64,000 bases of DNA from Mobula hypostoma (lineage: Eukaryota): assembly GCF_963921235.1 (NCBI RefSeq), contig NC_086109.1, positions 14,944,001-15,008,000 of the forward strand. Reading direction: 5' to 3'. Positions 51,746-64,000 of this stretch are shown here, in pieces (position 1 is the stretch's first letter; every line of letters begins with the position of its first letter). The notes under the pieces are model-generated. The model was not told where the DNA came from. It saw nothing but the letters and a program-made list of their open reading frames with translations, and made no database searches. The translations under genes and the position numbers were made by a program.

Positions 51746-52375
51746 AGGCAACACACATAAAAGTTGCTGGTGAACGCAGCAGGCCAGGCAGCATCTCTAG
51801 GAAGAGGTACAGTCGACGTTTCGGGCTCAGAACCTTCGTCAGGACTAACTGAAGGAAGAGTTAGTAAGAGATTTGAAAGTGGGAGGGGGAGGGGGAGATC
51901 CAAAATGAAAGGAGAAGACAGGAGGGGGAGGGATGGAGCCAAGAGCTGAACAGGTGATTGGCAAAAGGGATACGAGAGGATCATGGGACAGGAGGCCTAG
52001 GGAGGAAGAAAAGGGGAAGGGGGGGAAAACCCAGAGGATGGGCAAGGGGTGTAGTGAGAGGAACAGAGGGAGAAAAAGGAGAGTGAGAGAAAGAGTGTGT
52101 GTATATAAATAAATAATGGATGGGGTACGAGGGGAAGGTGGGACATTAGCAGAAGTTTGAGAAGTCAATGTTCATGCCATCAGGTTGGAGGCTACCCAGA
52201 CGGAATATAAGGTGTTGTTCCTCCAACCTGAGTGTGGCTTCATCTTTACAGTAGAGGAGGCCGTGGACAGACATATCAGAATGGGAATGGGACGTGGAAT
52301 TAAAATGTGTGGCCACTGGGAGATCTTGCTTTCTCTGGTGGACAGAGCACAGGTGTTCAGCAAAACGATCTTCCT
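51746..52375 (-). mobile_element. 5'-truncated Penelope-like element (GIY-YIG endonuclease C-terminus + pLTR)
   Basis: DRFAEHLCSVHQRKQDLPVATHFNSTSHSHSDMSVHGLLYCKDEATLRLEEQHLIFRLGSLQPDGMNIDFSNF. 9-bp TSD TGTATCTTC at 51737-51745 and 52376-52384. Confidence 0.9.
51811..51846 (-). ncRNA. Minimal type I hammerhead ribozyme, catalytic core intact
   Basis: Minus strand reads AGTC-CTGACGA-A-GGTT CTGA GCCC-GAAAC-GTC-GACT. Stem I AGUC/GACU; palindromic ACGU stem III; one mismatch in stem II. Confidence 0.75.
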
Positions 52376-53073
52376 TGTATCTTCCCTTGTTAATTGTATT
52401 TGTGTGCTTTATATCATTCAGTGTTGATCGCATTCAAGTAAGGTACGTCAACTGAATACTGATCAACCAATGGCAAGCAAGAACAAATTACACTTGACTA
52501 CAATATGAAGAAAGGAATTGCCATTTCTTCAATTTCAAAATAAATTATCAAAGAATGAGTCTGTCACCATGTGCTAACTTGAGATTAATTTTCTTGCAGG
52601 CATTTACAGTATAGGAAAAAAATACAGTAGGATTTATAAAAAGCTCTATAAACTGACAAAGAATGACAAGCTTCCAATGTGTAAAAGACAAACTGTGCAA
52701 ATAAAAAAATACTGAGAACTTGAGATGTACAGAGTTCCTGAAAGTGAATCTGTAGGTTGTAGTATCAATTCAGAGCAGTGGAGATTGAAGTCATCCACAC
52801 CGGTTCAGGAGCCTGATTTACTAAACAGCTGTCTGTTGCAATGATTTCCACAGATTCACCACCTTCTGGCTATAGTAGTTCCTCCTCCTCTCTATTCGAA
52901 AGGGATGTCTTTGTATTTTGAGGCAGTGCCCTCTGGTCTCATCTTTCCCACTACAGGAAACATCCTCTCCATGTCCACTCTATCTAGCCTTTCAATAGGT
53001 TTCAATGAGATCTTTCTTCATTTCTTCGAAACTTCAGCTGGTACAAGCGCAGAACCATCAAACGCTCCTCATA

Positions 53074-53415
53074 CATTCATCATCATCATGTGCTGTGACT
53101 ATGATGTAGGTGATTTTGGTCTATGACCATGATTGTCCTTGGCAAATTCTACAGAAGTGGTTTGCCACTGTCTTCTTCTGTGCAGTGTCTTTACAAGATA
53201 GGTGACCCCTAGCCATTAACAATATTCTTCAGAGATTGTCTGCCTGATATCAGTCAGCGCATAACCAGGATTTGTGATGTACACCCATGGCTCCATTTGA
53301 CCCTGATCGGGGGAGCTAAGTAGGTGCTACACCTTGTCCAAGGGTGACCTGCTGGCTATCGGTGGGAAGGAGCGTCTTACACCTCCTCTGGTAGAGGCGC
53401 ATCTCCACCCTGCCA
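53074..53415 (-). mobile_element. SINE-like retroposon with RTE-type 3' end (copy 3), nested in a CR1 tail (~52825-53520)
   Basis: TSD CCTCATA at 53067-53073 and 53416-53422; (ATG)n tail. Confidence 0.8.
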
Positions 53416-54454
53416 CCTCATAATCAACCCTTTCATTCCCAAGATCGTTCTTCTGAACCCTCTCCAATGCCAGCACATCCTTTCTTATATAAGGACCCCA
53501 AAACCACTCTGAAACAGGTCCGATAAACTTCAGATGCAGCACATGTACAGTATACTAATCCAAAAGTACAGCCCAATCTACCTATGTATTTTTGAAAATC
53601 AGTGCCAGTAATTGTTGTCAGCTTCCGTACAACCAGAAACAGGCTCACCTGTAAACAAAATGGCCAATGACTAATTGGCACAACGTTCTGAGGTCAGAAG
53701 GTTGTGGGCGTGGTGCGGAGGAGTTCAACAAAACAGAACCATATTAACAAGTCTCAACAAAATCTTTTGCATAAGACTCATTCAAACAGTGCACCAAAAA
53801 AAAATCCATGATCCATTAACAAAAAGCAACATTCATCAGTGCAGCCTACACACAAGCAAAATCCTAATATTTTCCAAGAAGTGCATTCCAGAAAGGGGAC
53901 CTGCTAAAAAATCAATACAATTAACCACCCCAAATAATGTGGTATTTTGTCACCCAAAATACTCAATTCATGCCAATAGACAAGTATCCTGCAAAAATTC
54001 ATGCCACAGCTCCACATGCCAACATTATATTCTTGTCAAACATGCCCAACAACAGCCCACAAAATGAGAAAAGTAAAAACACAAGAATCCTCTGGTTCAA
54101 ATATTCTCTTCAGCACTCTCTTTGATACTTGACCTTTACTCAATACCAAGACTCTGAAACTCCTCATGCAAAAGTAGGTATGTGATTAGTGCCGCTGAGG
54201 TCTCTAAACAACGGGACAGAACTACAAGGTAAGGGGCCAATCATTTAATATTGAGGTACACAGTTTTTTTTTACCAGTTTGGTGAATCTCTGGAATTCTC
54301 TGCCCTGCTATTGAATGCTGGCCAATCAGGACTATTTGAAGTAGAAGTTGGCCAATCAATGGAGGATTAGAGGGGAATTGGGAAATGGCACACAAGAGGA
54401 GTTAAAGCCAGCTTAAGGTTGTGCACACAAGTGATTGGAGATAGTGGACCAGGA

Positions 54455-54800
54455 ACAACAGCCAAAATGCCGGTGGGATTCAGTGGGTTAGACAGCATCA
54501 TAGACGGAAATGGACAGTCTAAGTTTCAGGTTGAGACCCTTCATCCAGACTGAAAAACAGAGGGGAGATGGCCAGTATAAAGAGTTGAGGGAAAGGGGTG
54601 GAGCAGGAGGTGGCAAGCGATAGGTAGATCTAGATGAGGGGGGTGATAGACAGATGGAGGAGATATGAGGGGAAATAGTGACAGAGGCTGGAAGGTGATA
54701 GACAATGGAATCTGACAAGGGAGATGAGGTGGTCAGATGGGATCAGTAGGTAGAGAAGTGCATGGGAGATGACCTGATGTGTTGAAAAGGGGGAACTGGA
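54455..54800 (-). mobile_element. PLE terminal fragment (another at ~55123-55370)
   Basis: cagcatc...gtttcaggttgagacccttcatccagactg followed by a purine-rich linker. Confidence 0.7.
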
Positions 54801-57800
54801 TAGGTCAGGAAGAGACATGACAATGCTGGGAGCAGGATTGAAGGCCAATTCTTGCTACTTTCTCTGAAATAGCAGTTCAGAATAAAGTAAATAAATGTAC
54901 AAGCATGTTGTCCCAAATGGATCATCTTTATGCTGTTATGTGGCAGGATATTAGATGGTGTTCATAGCATTGGACATTGAAGGTCGATGTTTGGATTTCC
55001 TGGAAATCCAATTACCTCAGTCTCAGGGTATCAGTGTGGAGTTAATGAAGACAGTATCTATGGTCCAATTATCTCAATGACCATCCATCTTTGAAAAAGG
55101 TCAAAAGTGGCAGTTTACACATAAACACTAGAGATTCTGCAGATGCTGGAAATCTTGAGCAATGCACACAAAATGCTGGAGGAACTCAGCAGGCCAAGCA
55201 GCATCTGTGGAGGGGAATACACAGTCAATGTTTCAGGCTGAGACCATTCATTAGAACTGGAAAGGAAGGGGACAAAAGCCAGAATAAGGTGGTGGGGAGA
55301 AGGAAAGAGGTACGAGCATACAGGTGATAGGTGAGACCAGGTGAGGGGGGAGGTGGGTGGGTGGGTGACAATCGCCAAATTAGATTTGCAGTTCTTCACA
55401 TATTGTCTGCATATTGTCGAGATCAAGACAAATTACGTTTGGATTGAGATGCGGTAAGCCACTTTTGTGCTGGACAAGCAACAGATAATGATCAGCTCAT
55501 GATTGTAACCTCCAGTGGTTGACATTGAATGACATAATCGTCATTGAGTTTCCCGCCAACAAGCTGGACGTCAGACAAAATTCATTTCTGGAACAGCTGC
55601 ACAAATTCTACAGTTACACAGAATCCTGCAATGGGTGACTCATCTCCTGACTCTGCAAAACTCTTCAGGCAAAAGTAGGTATGTAATTAGTGCCTCTACA
55701 TGGCTCAAATCAATAGCAAGCCACAATACTCCCTAGTTGTCTAGATAACTACTGCTCTAACAACACACAGTAAGCTCAATTCCATAACAAACTAACAGCT
55801 TGGTTGACATCCTATCAATGACATTCAATATTTACTCCCATTACTTCAATATGTACTGTACATCTAGTTTAAATTGGCATCATCTGTATAGTTTAAATTG
55901 TTTCTTTTGGTGGGGAAGTCTCGAACCAGAAGAGACAGCCTCAAAATAGAGGGATGTCCACTTAGAACAGAGATGAGGAGGAATTACTTCAGCCACAGTG
56001 TGGTGATCCTGTGGGATTCGTTGCCACGGGTGACTGTGGAGGCCAAGTCACCAGGTGCATTTAAGGCGGAGGTTGTTGATTAGTCCGACCATTGAAGGTT
56101 ATAGGGAGAAGACAGGAGAATGGGGTTGAGGGGGGAAATGGATCAGCCATGATGAAATGGCACAGCAAACGTGATGGGCCAAATGGCCTAATTCTGCTCC
56201 TATGTCTTATGGTCAGCACAGACATCAAGGGCTGAAAGGATTGTCCCTGTGCTGTAGTATGTTAACTGTTTATTCAATCTATAGATGCTGCCTGGCTTAC
56301 TGACTTCCTTGAGAATTTTATATATTATTTACTTAGAGATACAGCTTAGAATAGGTCCTTCCAGACCCCCAAGCCGTGCCGACCAGCAACACACTGATTT
56401 AACCCTTGCCTAACCACCGGAGAATTCACCCTACGAACCGGTGCATCTTTGGATGGTGGGAAGAAACCAGAGCACCCGGAGGAAACCCACCCGCACACCG
56501 GAAGGAATGTACAAACCTGCTTACAGAGGTCACTGAGTGGAGCAGCCTCCATGGGATAAATGGCCTAATTCTGCTCCTATGTCCTATGAAATTGAACTCC
56601 AGCACCCCGAGCTGCTGTAGTGTCAGGCTAACCGTTGCATTACTGTGGCACCCATTTTATACTTATTACACTGGATTTCCAGCATTTGCAGAATCCATTG
56701 TGGTTGTATTTTTCTATGACCTATCACACACAGATTGCAGAAGGTAGTTCCCCATAATTTTTCATGGGTGAGTTTGAGACGGGAAATAATTGCTGGCCTT
56801 ACTAATAATAATGCAGACATTTCATTAATTTTATAGATTATCCCGCTTGAATTAAAATAACCAATATAACACCATTCTCAATGAACCTGTGACTCCACAA
56901 TAACAATGAATGGCAGCCATTCTGAACAAACATAAACAGAACTTCAAGTGGAAAGTTGTTCACAAACTCTAAACAATTATGACCTTTCATGACACAGGAT
57001 ATCAACACAGAAGGTGCTAAACAAAAACCAAAAAAAAAGGCTTCTGCGGTGCTTCCCGAAGATCACATAACTAAAACTGGGGATTTTACTCTGTCTACTG
57101 GTGTGTGGGAAAGACTCTCCACACAATTCGGAGAAGGGTAGGCCCATCCGGCCCTCCAAGGCACACCGCCCAGCAATCCCCCGATTTAATCACGGGATTG
57201 GACCAATCACGGGACAATTTACAACGGCCTACCGATCTGTAGATCTTTGGACCGTGGGAAGAAACCTACGCGGTAACGGGGAGAACATAAAGGCAGCGGC
57301 GGGATTTGAACCCCAGTCACCTGTACTGTAAAACATCGTGCTAACCACTACACTACCATGCCGCACATTGTCAGTACTGTATACAGTATTTCTGATTTCC
57401 AGAAAATCTGCAACATTTCGGATTTGTAAAGAAAAAAAGATGCATTTTATATCACAAGGAGCTATTACGCCCATATCAAGGCACCTGAATGATGCAGCTG
57501 GGTTTAATATTAATATGATAAAAGGTAATAATTGGGAGCCCCTATAGATCTTTCTCAGGTTTACTTCCATTGAAGTCCATCAGGAATAAGATATAGAGCC
57601 TGCGGGACTCTCTGCTGTTTATTTTACACTATTCATAGTTTCAATACCATTGTATGGCAACGCTACAATAGTTTCAATTCCCTATTGTGTGAAGCACTGT
57701 CAAACCATTTTGACAGTGGGTGAAATGCTACGCACATATCCATTCTGAGACAAATGTGCAGTTTCTCACAATGAGATAAGGAGAACCGCGCAGTTAAATC

Positions 57801-58329
57801 AAGTATGGTCTTCCTGTCTCAGACACGCCATTGTACAGAAATAAAAGCATTCCCACTGTAATTGGTTACTCCCAGGATCGTAATGGCATGCTCGGTTTAA
57901 ACCTCTAAATTTACTTGAAAGCACCCTCACTTGAATCATGCAACTGCTATTGCTATTCCCTGATACAAACAACAGTTTTGTTTTACCCTGACCGTCGAGG
58001 GAGTGATGAACTATCCGGCTATTTACATCCTTCTCCTTTAACCCCCTCTCCAAATAAATGTCCAATTTACCTCCGAAATTTAAAGGATCAGTACTCTCCA
58101 TTCCTTTAGGTATCTATTTCAACTCATAATTTACTGCGTTAAAAAGAAAAACAATTTGAAATTATGTGTTTCTCCTTTTTTTATCTTAATATATCAGTTC
58201 GTTCCTAAAACAATTGCTTAAGAAGCACCCCCCCCCATCCAATTCTTTATTCCAGCAATGCAATCGTGCCTGAAATTGGCAATTGATGGAAGACTGGGCA
58301 GCCCTTTCATTTTCCACCTCTTTCTGCCT

Positions 58330-59230
58330 GCCTGTCTCTTTCTTTCAGAGACACACAACCACCCGGTCGTTTTTTCAACAGCAGCCTCTCCAAAATCAAC
58401 AGACCTCCTGGAAAATGCCCGTGTCTAATCCCCACCCCTTTCCCGATAATGCGGGATCTAACCCCCGCAGCATTCCATTTAAACCGAACGGCTCTGAGGC
58501 AAATTCACTGCCACCCTCCGGAGCAGAAAGAAGGAGGAACCTCCGCCAGCTCCCTCTTGCAACGACACAATGAAACGAATGTATCGGACCAACTATCCAT
58601 CCATCCACCTGCAGCTCGGAAGCCGGACCGAGGAGACTCCCAGAAGGAAAGAAAATCCGTCCCCTAACCTGCCCTCAGTTCTCACTACCCCCACACTTCC
58701 CCCCAATGCAAAACAATATCAATATCATTTAAACCCCACCGGCTCTCACAAGCAAAAGAACAACAAATCCAGCCGGAATAGGCTATGAATATTTTACCTC
58801 GTGGCCCTCTCGCTCTCAAAACAAGAGGAAATTAAATTGCCTCGTGTTCCCTTTCAAAATTCCAGATGAATTAAAGCAATCTCAACATCGCTCAGGTCCT
58901 TTGCGCTCTCCATTCCTACGGCTTCACAACTACCATACACTCGGTGTGTGTGTGTGAGAAAAACCTTTTCCGGTTTGCAGAGAGCCCCCTGAGGCAATAG
59001 ATGAATGACAGGCTCTAGATGGTCGGGGAAAAGCTGACCTCTGCTGGACATTCGCGGGAATTCCCTGCTCGTACAAACCAGTGTAGAACTTGGTTCGTCA
59101 CGTCGAATCCTCATAAAACACTAGTCAGACCTCGAGGGGAGGACGGTGTTGTATCTCATTCTGAATACCATACTTCAGGAATTTGGAGAAAACTTACTGG
59201 ATTGATCGCACCAACGAGGGACATTTAAAT
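58330..59230 (-). promoter_or_regulatory. Candidate PIK3C2B promoter / non-coding first exon
   Basis: TE-free, CpG-enriched stretch upstream of the first coding exon. Donor CGAG|gtaaaa at 58798/58797, palindromic kappaB site GGGAATTCCC (59056-59065), AP-2-like CCCTGAGGC, ETS TTCCGG. Confidence 0.4.
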
Positions 59231-59414
59231 ATACACGTTAGGAGTAGGAAATCATTCTACTCCTTCAGCCTGTTCTACCAGTCAATAGTTTCGCGTTATT
59301 ATCTTCCTTATCAGATTCCAGCTCCAGTCGCCTTTGTGAACAGGGAGCAGAGATCATTACTGCACTGTACTGGCCCTTCCGCTGATAATGTCGTGCCGAC
59401 CTTGCAAGAATCGA

Positions 59415-59550
59415 GGCCGGCTGGTGGTGTAGCGGCGTTAGCACTTCGAGGTGAATGGTCTTGAGTTCGAATCCGGCCGGGTCCCAACTTGGGTCGCAGT
59501 AGTATATGCGCGGACGAAAGGCCTGGCAATCTTCTTCCGTATCCTGCCAT
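59415..59550 (+). mobile_element. Short tRNA-headed SINE nested in a CR1 3' tail (~59345-60050)
   Basis: GGCCGGCTGGTGGTGTAGCGG...GAGTTCGAATCC; same head type as 40822-41085. Confidence 0.65.
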
Positions 59551-59842
59551 TAATATCCATCCTACACTATCCACTCAGATCAATCCTTCTCTCCTACATA
59601 GTCCACCATTTTTCTGTCATCCATGTGCCTATCTAAGATGTTATTAAATGCCTCTTATGTACCTGTATCTGCCTCTCCCAGCACCCGTGGCGGGGTGTTA
59701 CCACGCACCTACTATAAACTACTGTGTAAAGAAACCTAGCTCTGACATTTCCATTATACTTTCCTCCAGTCACCTTAAAATTATATCCCCTCATAATAAC
59801 CAATTTCATCCACTTGAACACAAAATACTCTGCAGATGCTGG

Positions 59843-59878
59843 GGTCCTGATGAAGGGTCTCAGCCCGAAATGTTGACT
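59843..59878 (+). ncRNA. Minimal hammerhead motif in a ~125-bp PLE-derived mini-element (59818-59940)
   Basis: GGTC-CTGATGA-A-GGGT CTCA GCCC-GAAAT-GTT-GACT. Confidence 0.65.
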
Positions 59879-60403
59879 GTTCATGTCCACGGATGGTGTC
59901 CGACCTGCTGAGTTCCTCCAGCGTGTTGTGCGAGTTGCTCATACCGTTGAAAATGCCTCTGGCTATCCACTCGATTTATCTTATAAAGTCACCTCTCAAC
60001 CTCCTTCACTCTGAAGAGAAAAGCCCCAGCTTGCTCAACCTATCCTCATGAGATTGTATTCCTGTTTACCTCACCTTCACCCTCAATCATCTTCACAATC
60101 TCAATCTTCAACCTCTCTTAGCACTACCTGTCTATTTTTATTTACCCGTCTCCGGCTCCCAACTCAACCCCCTCTCCCTCCCCTACCTGACTCAATCTGC
60201 TTGTCTTTGTTCAACCCTCCTCAGACCACCAATCACTTCGGGCCCCTGTCTCACCACTCCCCCTCTCCTTTTTATAGTGGCCAACTCCCCTGTCCACTCT
60301 CAGTCACCATGACCACACTGAGTGTGGTTTCCAAATGAGGAAGTCCAACCAAAAACAGAACCAGAAACTTTCTGGCAGTAGTACAGTGCAAAGACAGAAA
60401 ATA

Positions 60404-61191
60404 TTCAAAGTATTTTTATTTTCAAAGTATGTATTCAGGATACGACTGAGAGATGTCCCCCCGCAGGCAGCCACGAAATGAAGAAGCATCATGGAACCTG
60501 TTCAAGAAAACATCAAGCACCCAACACGCAGAAAAAAAGAACAAATTGTGCAAACAGCAAAAAGCGAGTGGACAACACAGATTATCAAATCAGGAGTCCA
60601 GTGGTGCTCAGTTTAGCTCAGCTTAGCGCTGTGCCACTAGCCCACTGCAGACCGCAGGGCCATTCTTCACTTAAATGCCCCAGTCCGCAATAATTGCTCC
60701 GATTAAACCGCACAAAAATAAATGGCAAAAAAGGAGTAACCAAGATCCGGAAACACATGCAACATGAACCTCAGAGTCCCCCAAAATGAGTCCACAGCCT
60801 CGTCGATCAATGTTGACCCTAAGACTTTCCTCCGACAGCATCTAGCGAGAGGGAGAGGAAGACCAGTCCAATTTCAGCCTTGCTCAACTTCTCAAACAGA
60901 GAGAAGCAATGGAATCGATCATGGATCCATGCCCTCGACACCTCAGTGGGAGAGAAGCCATGGGAGTCTCCAGGCTACCAGACCCCCAGGGCACACGCTC
61001 CACTTCAAACCTCATCGAACTCTCCCGGGGACAGCAAACCGCCAGATTGTTCGATCGGCCCCAAATCATAGGCTCCAATCGCATGCAGTTCGGCAGTAGG
61101 ATCGTATTTGAATAAAGAAGCCAAATTAGTAGTTTTGTGAACTGTCAGCAGGACATCGCTGCTGGTTGCATTGTTCGCTCCTGCCATCTTG
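60404..61191 (-). mobile_element. Non-autonomous Rex1/Babar-tailed element nested in a Rex1/Babar 3' fragment (to ~61780)
   Basis: 5' end AAGATGGC at ~61190, non-coding CpG-containing body, and the shared 3' tail (tacatactttga...aaaatactttgaa). Confidence 0.55.
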
Positions 61192-61781
61192 TAAGTAAAA
61201 AGATTACAAAATAAAGGCGTTGTGCAAAAAAGAAAAGGGAATAATGAGGTAGTGTTTATGGACTGTTCAGAAATCTGATGGCAAAGTGGAAGAAGCTGTT
61301 TGTTTCTGAATCATTGTAGGTGGGTTTTCAGGCTCCTGTACCCCCTCCCTGATGGATCCAGGTGTAGAGAGAGTTACAGTATACTGGCCCGGATTTTGAA
61401 GCGTGGCCATTAATATTGTGGGGACGATGGTGTTGAACAGTGATAAAGAGCAGCTTGAAGTGTATCTTGTGGCTCTCTGGGTACTGTAAGGCAGAATGGA
61501 GAACCAGTGAGATAGTGGTCCACTGTAGACCCATTGTGGCGGTAGGTGAATTGCTGTGGATCGGGCAGGTGTTCACCTAGCCAAAGTTAACCTCTTAAAG
61601 CAGTTCATTGCAGTGGATATGAGTACTGCAGGGTGACAGTCATTCGGGACAGCTCACCTTGCTCGTCTTGGGCACTGGCGTGACTGGACCTCTTTTGAAG
61701 CAGGTGGGAGGCTTAGGCTGCAGCAGTACGAGGTTGAAAATGTCCCTGGACACTCCAGCTAATTGTGCCTGGGCAGCTATG

Positions 61782-62406
61782 CAGACAGCCCACCCTGCAA
61801 AAACTCAGTTCAGGGAGGTAGCACCCCGCCACCCCGCCCCCACGGTCAACCTCCAAGGGTGTATGTAATACTTTGTTTAGTGATTTTGTCTAATCTGTAA
61901 ACCAAGTTGGGTATATGCAGAAAATGTGACATTAAAATATGTACTTATATTATCATGTTTATTCTATTACAACTTTAAGCAAGTCTACAGGGAGTTTGGC
62001 CTCATCACGCAGGACATCAATAGAGTAGCTCCTTGGCAGCTAGCCAGCTAGTTTAAATAACGTTAGCTATGCTAATGAATGAATGACACCTGTCAAACTC
62101 ACCTCAACATGTCTTTTACATTTTAACCCACAGTGGACAGTAGAAAAGTCACTGTGGCAAACAGTGCAGCGAGCAACACTGTCATTTCTGAGGTTGACTG
62201 TAAAGCCTGCCCACAGAGAAAACTGATAGGTCTACTTAGCATGAAGAGAGACCAATCAGGATGCTTGCTCTCCCTCTCCCTCTCGCTCTCGCTCTGCCTC
62301 TCAAAAAAATCGATTTCCGGGATATTGTATATAATTTCCAGGCGACAGGGAGCCGCTATCAATATGCGGGAGACTCCCGGAATTTTAGGGAGAGGTGGGA
62401 TGTCTG
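61782..62406 (-). mobile_element. Non-autonomous hAT-like transposon (copy 3, different internal structure)
   Basis: CAGACAGCCCACCCTGCAAAAACTC...GGGAGAGGTGGGATGTCTG; retains only the CTVC..DF part of the BED exon plus extra internal sequence. Confidence 0.85.
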
Positions 62407-63084
62407 CATATGCCACCTAGGCCTGATGCTTTGCGAGGATTCACCCTCTCTATGGGTGTTCGGACATCGGCTTTCGAGACAGAGATCACAGGATTGCCAG
62501 ATGCTGTGGGAGTTCACACAGGTGTAGTGTTATCCTCCCTTTCAAAGCATGCATAAAAGATATTGGGCTTGTCAAGTGAAGCATCACTGCCATTTATGTC
62601 TTAGAGAGCCCTTGATGCTTTTCTTTAACAGTTCGTCCGAAAGAAAAAATTTCCTCCCATTGTTCAGAACTCCCCCAGTACCACACCAGACTGTCGGTCT
62701 ACATAAGGTGCTTAGCATTCAGTTCCAGACCTCAAAGTCATTCACTGAACAAAGGCTGAACGTTGGTCTCCCAAAGAAACTGACATCTCCTCCTGTAAAT
62801 AATTGCTATAAGAAATATGTTGTTTACACTGGAACAACAATCTTGGTGAAATGTCTTGTAAGATTCCACACTTTCTTTGAAAGTGGTTAGTGTAACACTT
62901 TACAGCACCAGCTGAAAGATCGGGGTTCGATTCCTGCCACTCCCTGTAAGGAGCCTGGATGTTCTTCCCGTGACAATGTGCGTTTCCTCCAGTTTCCTCC
63001 CATATTCCAAAGATGTAGGGGTTAGGGTTAGTAAATTGTGGGCATTGAATTTTGGTGGCAGAAACATGCAAACTGCCCAGCACA

Positions 63085-63617
63085 AGATCACAAGACACAG
63101 GAGCAGAAGTAGGCCATTCGGTCCATCGAGTCTGCTCCGCAGCTCCCCCATGGGCTAAACTATTCACCCATCTAGTTCCAGTTTCTGGCTTTTTCCCCAT
63201 ATCCTTTGATACCCTGACTAATTAGATACCTGTCAATCTCCTCCTTAAACACCCTCAATGATCGGGCCTCCACAGCTGTATGTGGCAACGAATTCCACAA
63301 ATCCACGACCCTCTGGCTAAAAAAAAATTCTCCTCATCTCTGTTTTAACTGGGCAGCCTCTAATTCTAAGACTATGGCCTCTTGTCCTGGACTCACCCAC
63401 CAAGGGAAACAACCTTTCCACATCTACTCTGTCCAACCTTTTCAACATTCGAAATGTTTCTATGAGATCCCCTCTCATTCTTCTATACTCTAACGAATAC
63501 AGTCCAAGAGCCGACAAACGCTCCTCATATGTTAGCCCCTGCATTCCAGGAATCATCCTCGTAAATCTTCTCTGAACTCTCTCCAACATCAGTACATCCT
63601 TTCTAAGATAGGGGAAA
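63085..63617 (-). mobile_element. Young CR1 LINE 3' end
   Basis: Uninterrupted PYLRKDVLMLERVQRRFTRMIPGMQGLTYEERLSALGLYSLEYRRMRGDLIETFRMLKRLDRVD...; tail cctacttctgctcctgtgtcttgtgatcttgtg. Confidence 0.9.
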
Positions 63618-64000
63618 TAAGATAGCACAATCTCACTGATTTGATTTGACACAAGATACGTTGCACTATTTCAATGCAAATGTGACAAATAAAGCTAATC
63701 TTAATTTTTAAATCTTTTTTGGATATGGATGTAAGCAGAAAGACCAGAATGTATTCTTCATTCCTAATGAATTTGACAAGGGGTTGATTAGCTGTTAATT
63801 GGAACCATTTCTTATAAAGGCATTTCCTTAGTACTATTGACCAATGTGTTGCAGGATTTGGACACTGCATCGAGAAAGGAAATACGTTTTAATTTTATAT
63901 TTCCATTTTGTTACATCTGTCTCATACCCTTTGTGAGTGGAAATGGATCAAAATAAGAGTCGAGAATGGTAAATTTTGCCATGACCACTTAAAGCACCTG

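Noticed and set aside
57633..57717. Repeated ATAGTTTCAAT and the 8-bp inverted repeat CTGTCAAA-CCAT-TTTGACAG
   Set aside because: Too short and too few to exceed chance in 64 kb of AT-rich DNA; no array structure.

Overview
This is AT-rich, repeat-dense vertebrate genomic DNA. The repeat landscape (V-domain tRNA-SINEs, CR1, Rex1/Babar, Penelope-like elements) suggests a cartilaginous fish, probably a ray; this is an inference. The only supportable host gene is PIK3C2B (class II PI3-kinase beta) on the minus strand. I traced 8 coding exons with canonical GT-AG sites and continuous phase (40039->112; 1794 nt, 598 codons), covering the N-terminal Pro-rich region, the Ras-binding domain and the start of the following helical region. 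The gene continues beyond base 1, and its promoter/5'UTR exon probably lies near 58-59 kb. Introns hold decayed CR1 and Rex1/Babar LINEs, several SINE families with target-site duplications (TSDs), hAT and Tc1 non-autonomous transposons, and many Penelope-like (PLE) ends carrying minimal hammerhead ribozyme motifs, including an 865-bp fold-back insertion with a 15-bp TSD. The most unusual block is in the intron after the first coding exon. It has a ~1.8-kb G/A-rich tract, a ~240-bp CpG-island/promoter-like fragment (near-palindromic RFX X-box, GC boxes, signal-anchor mini-ORF) and, ~1 kb downstream, a hAT transposase BED-finger exon with a perfect Kozak and a phase-0 donor compatible with the next PIK3C2B exon. 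Most ORF-track entries are spurious or TE-derived. No prokaryotic-type system (CRISPR etc.) is present. Family names come from recalled motifs, not database searches.
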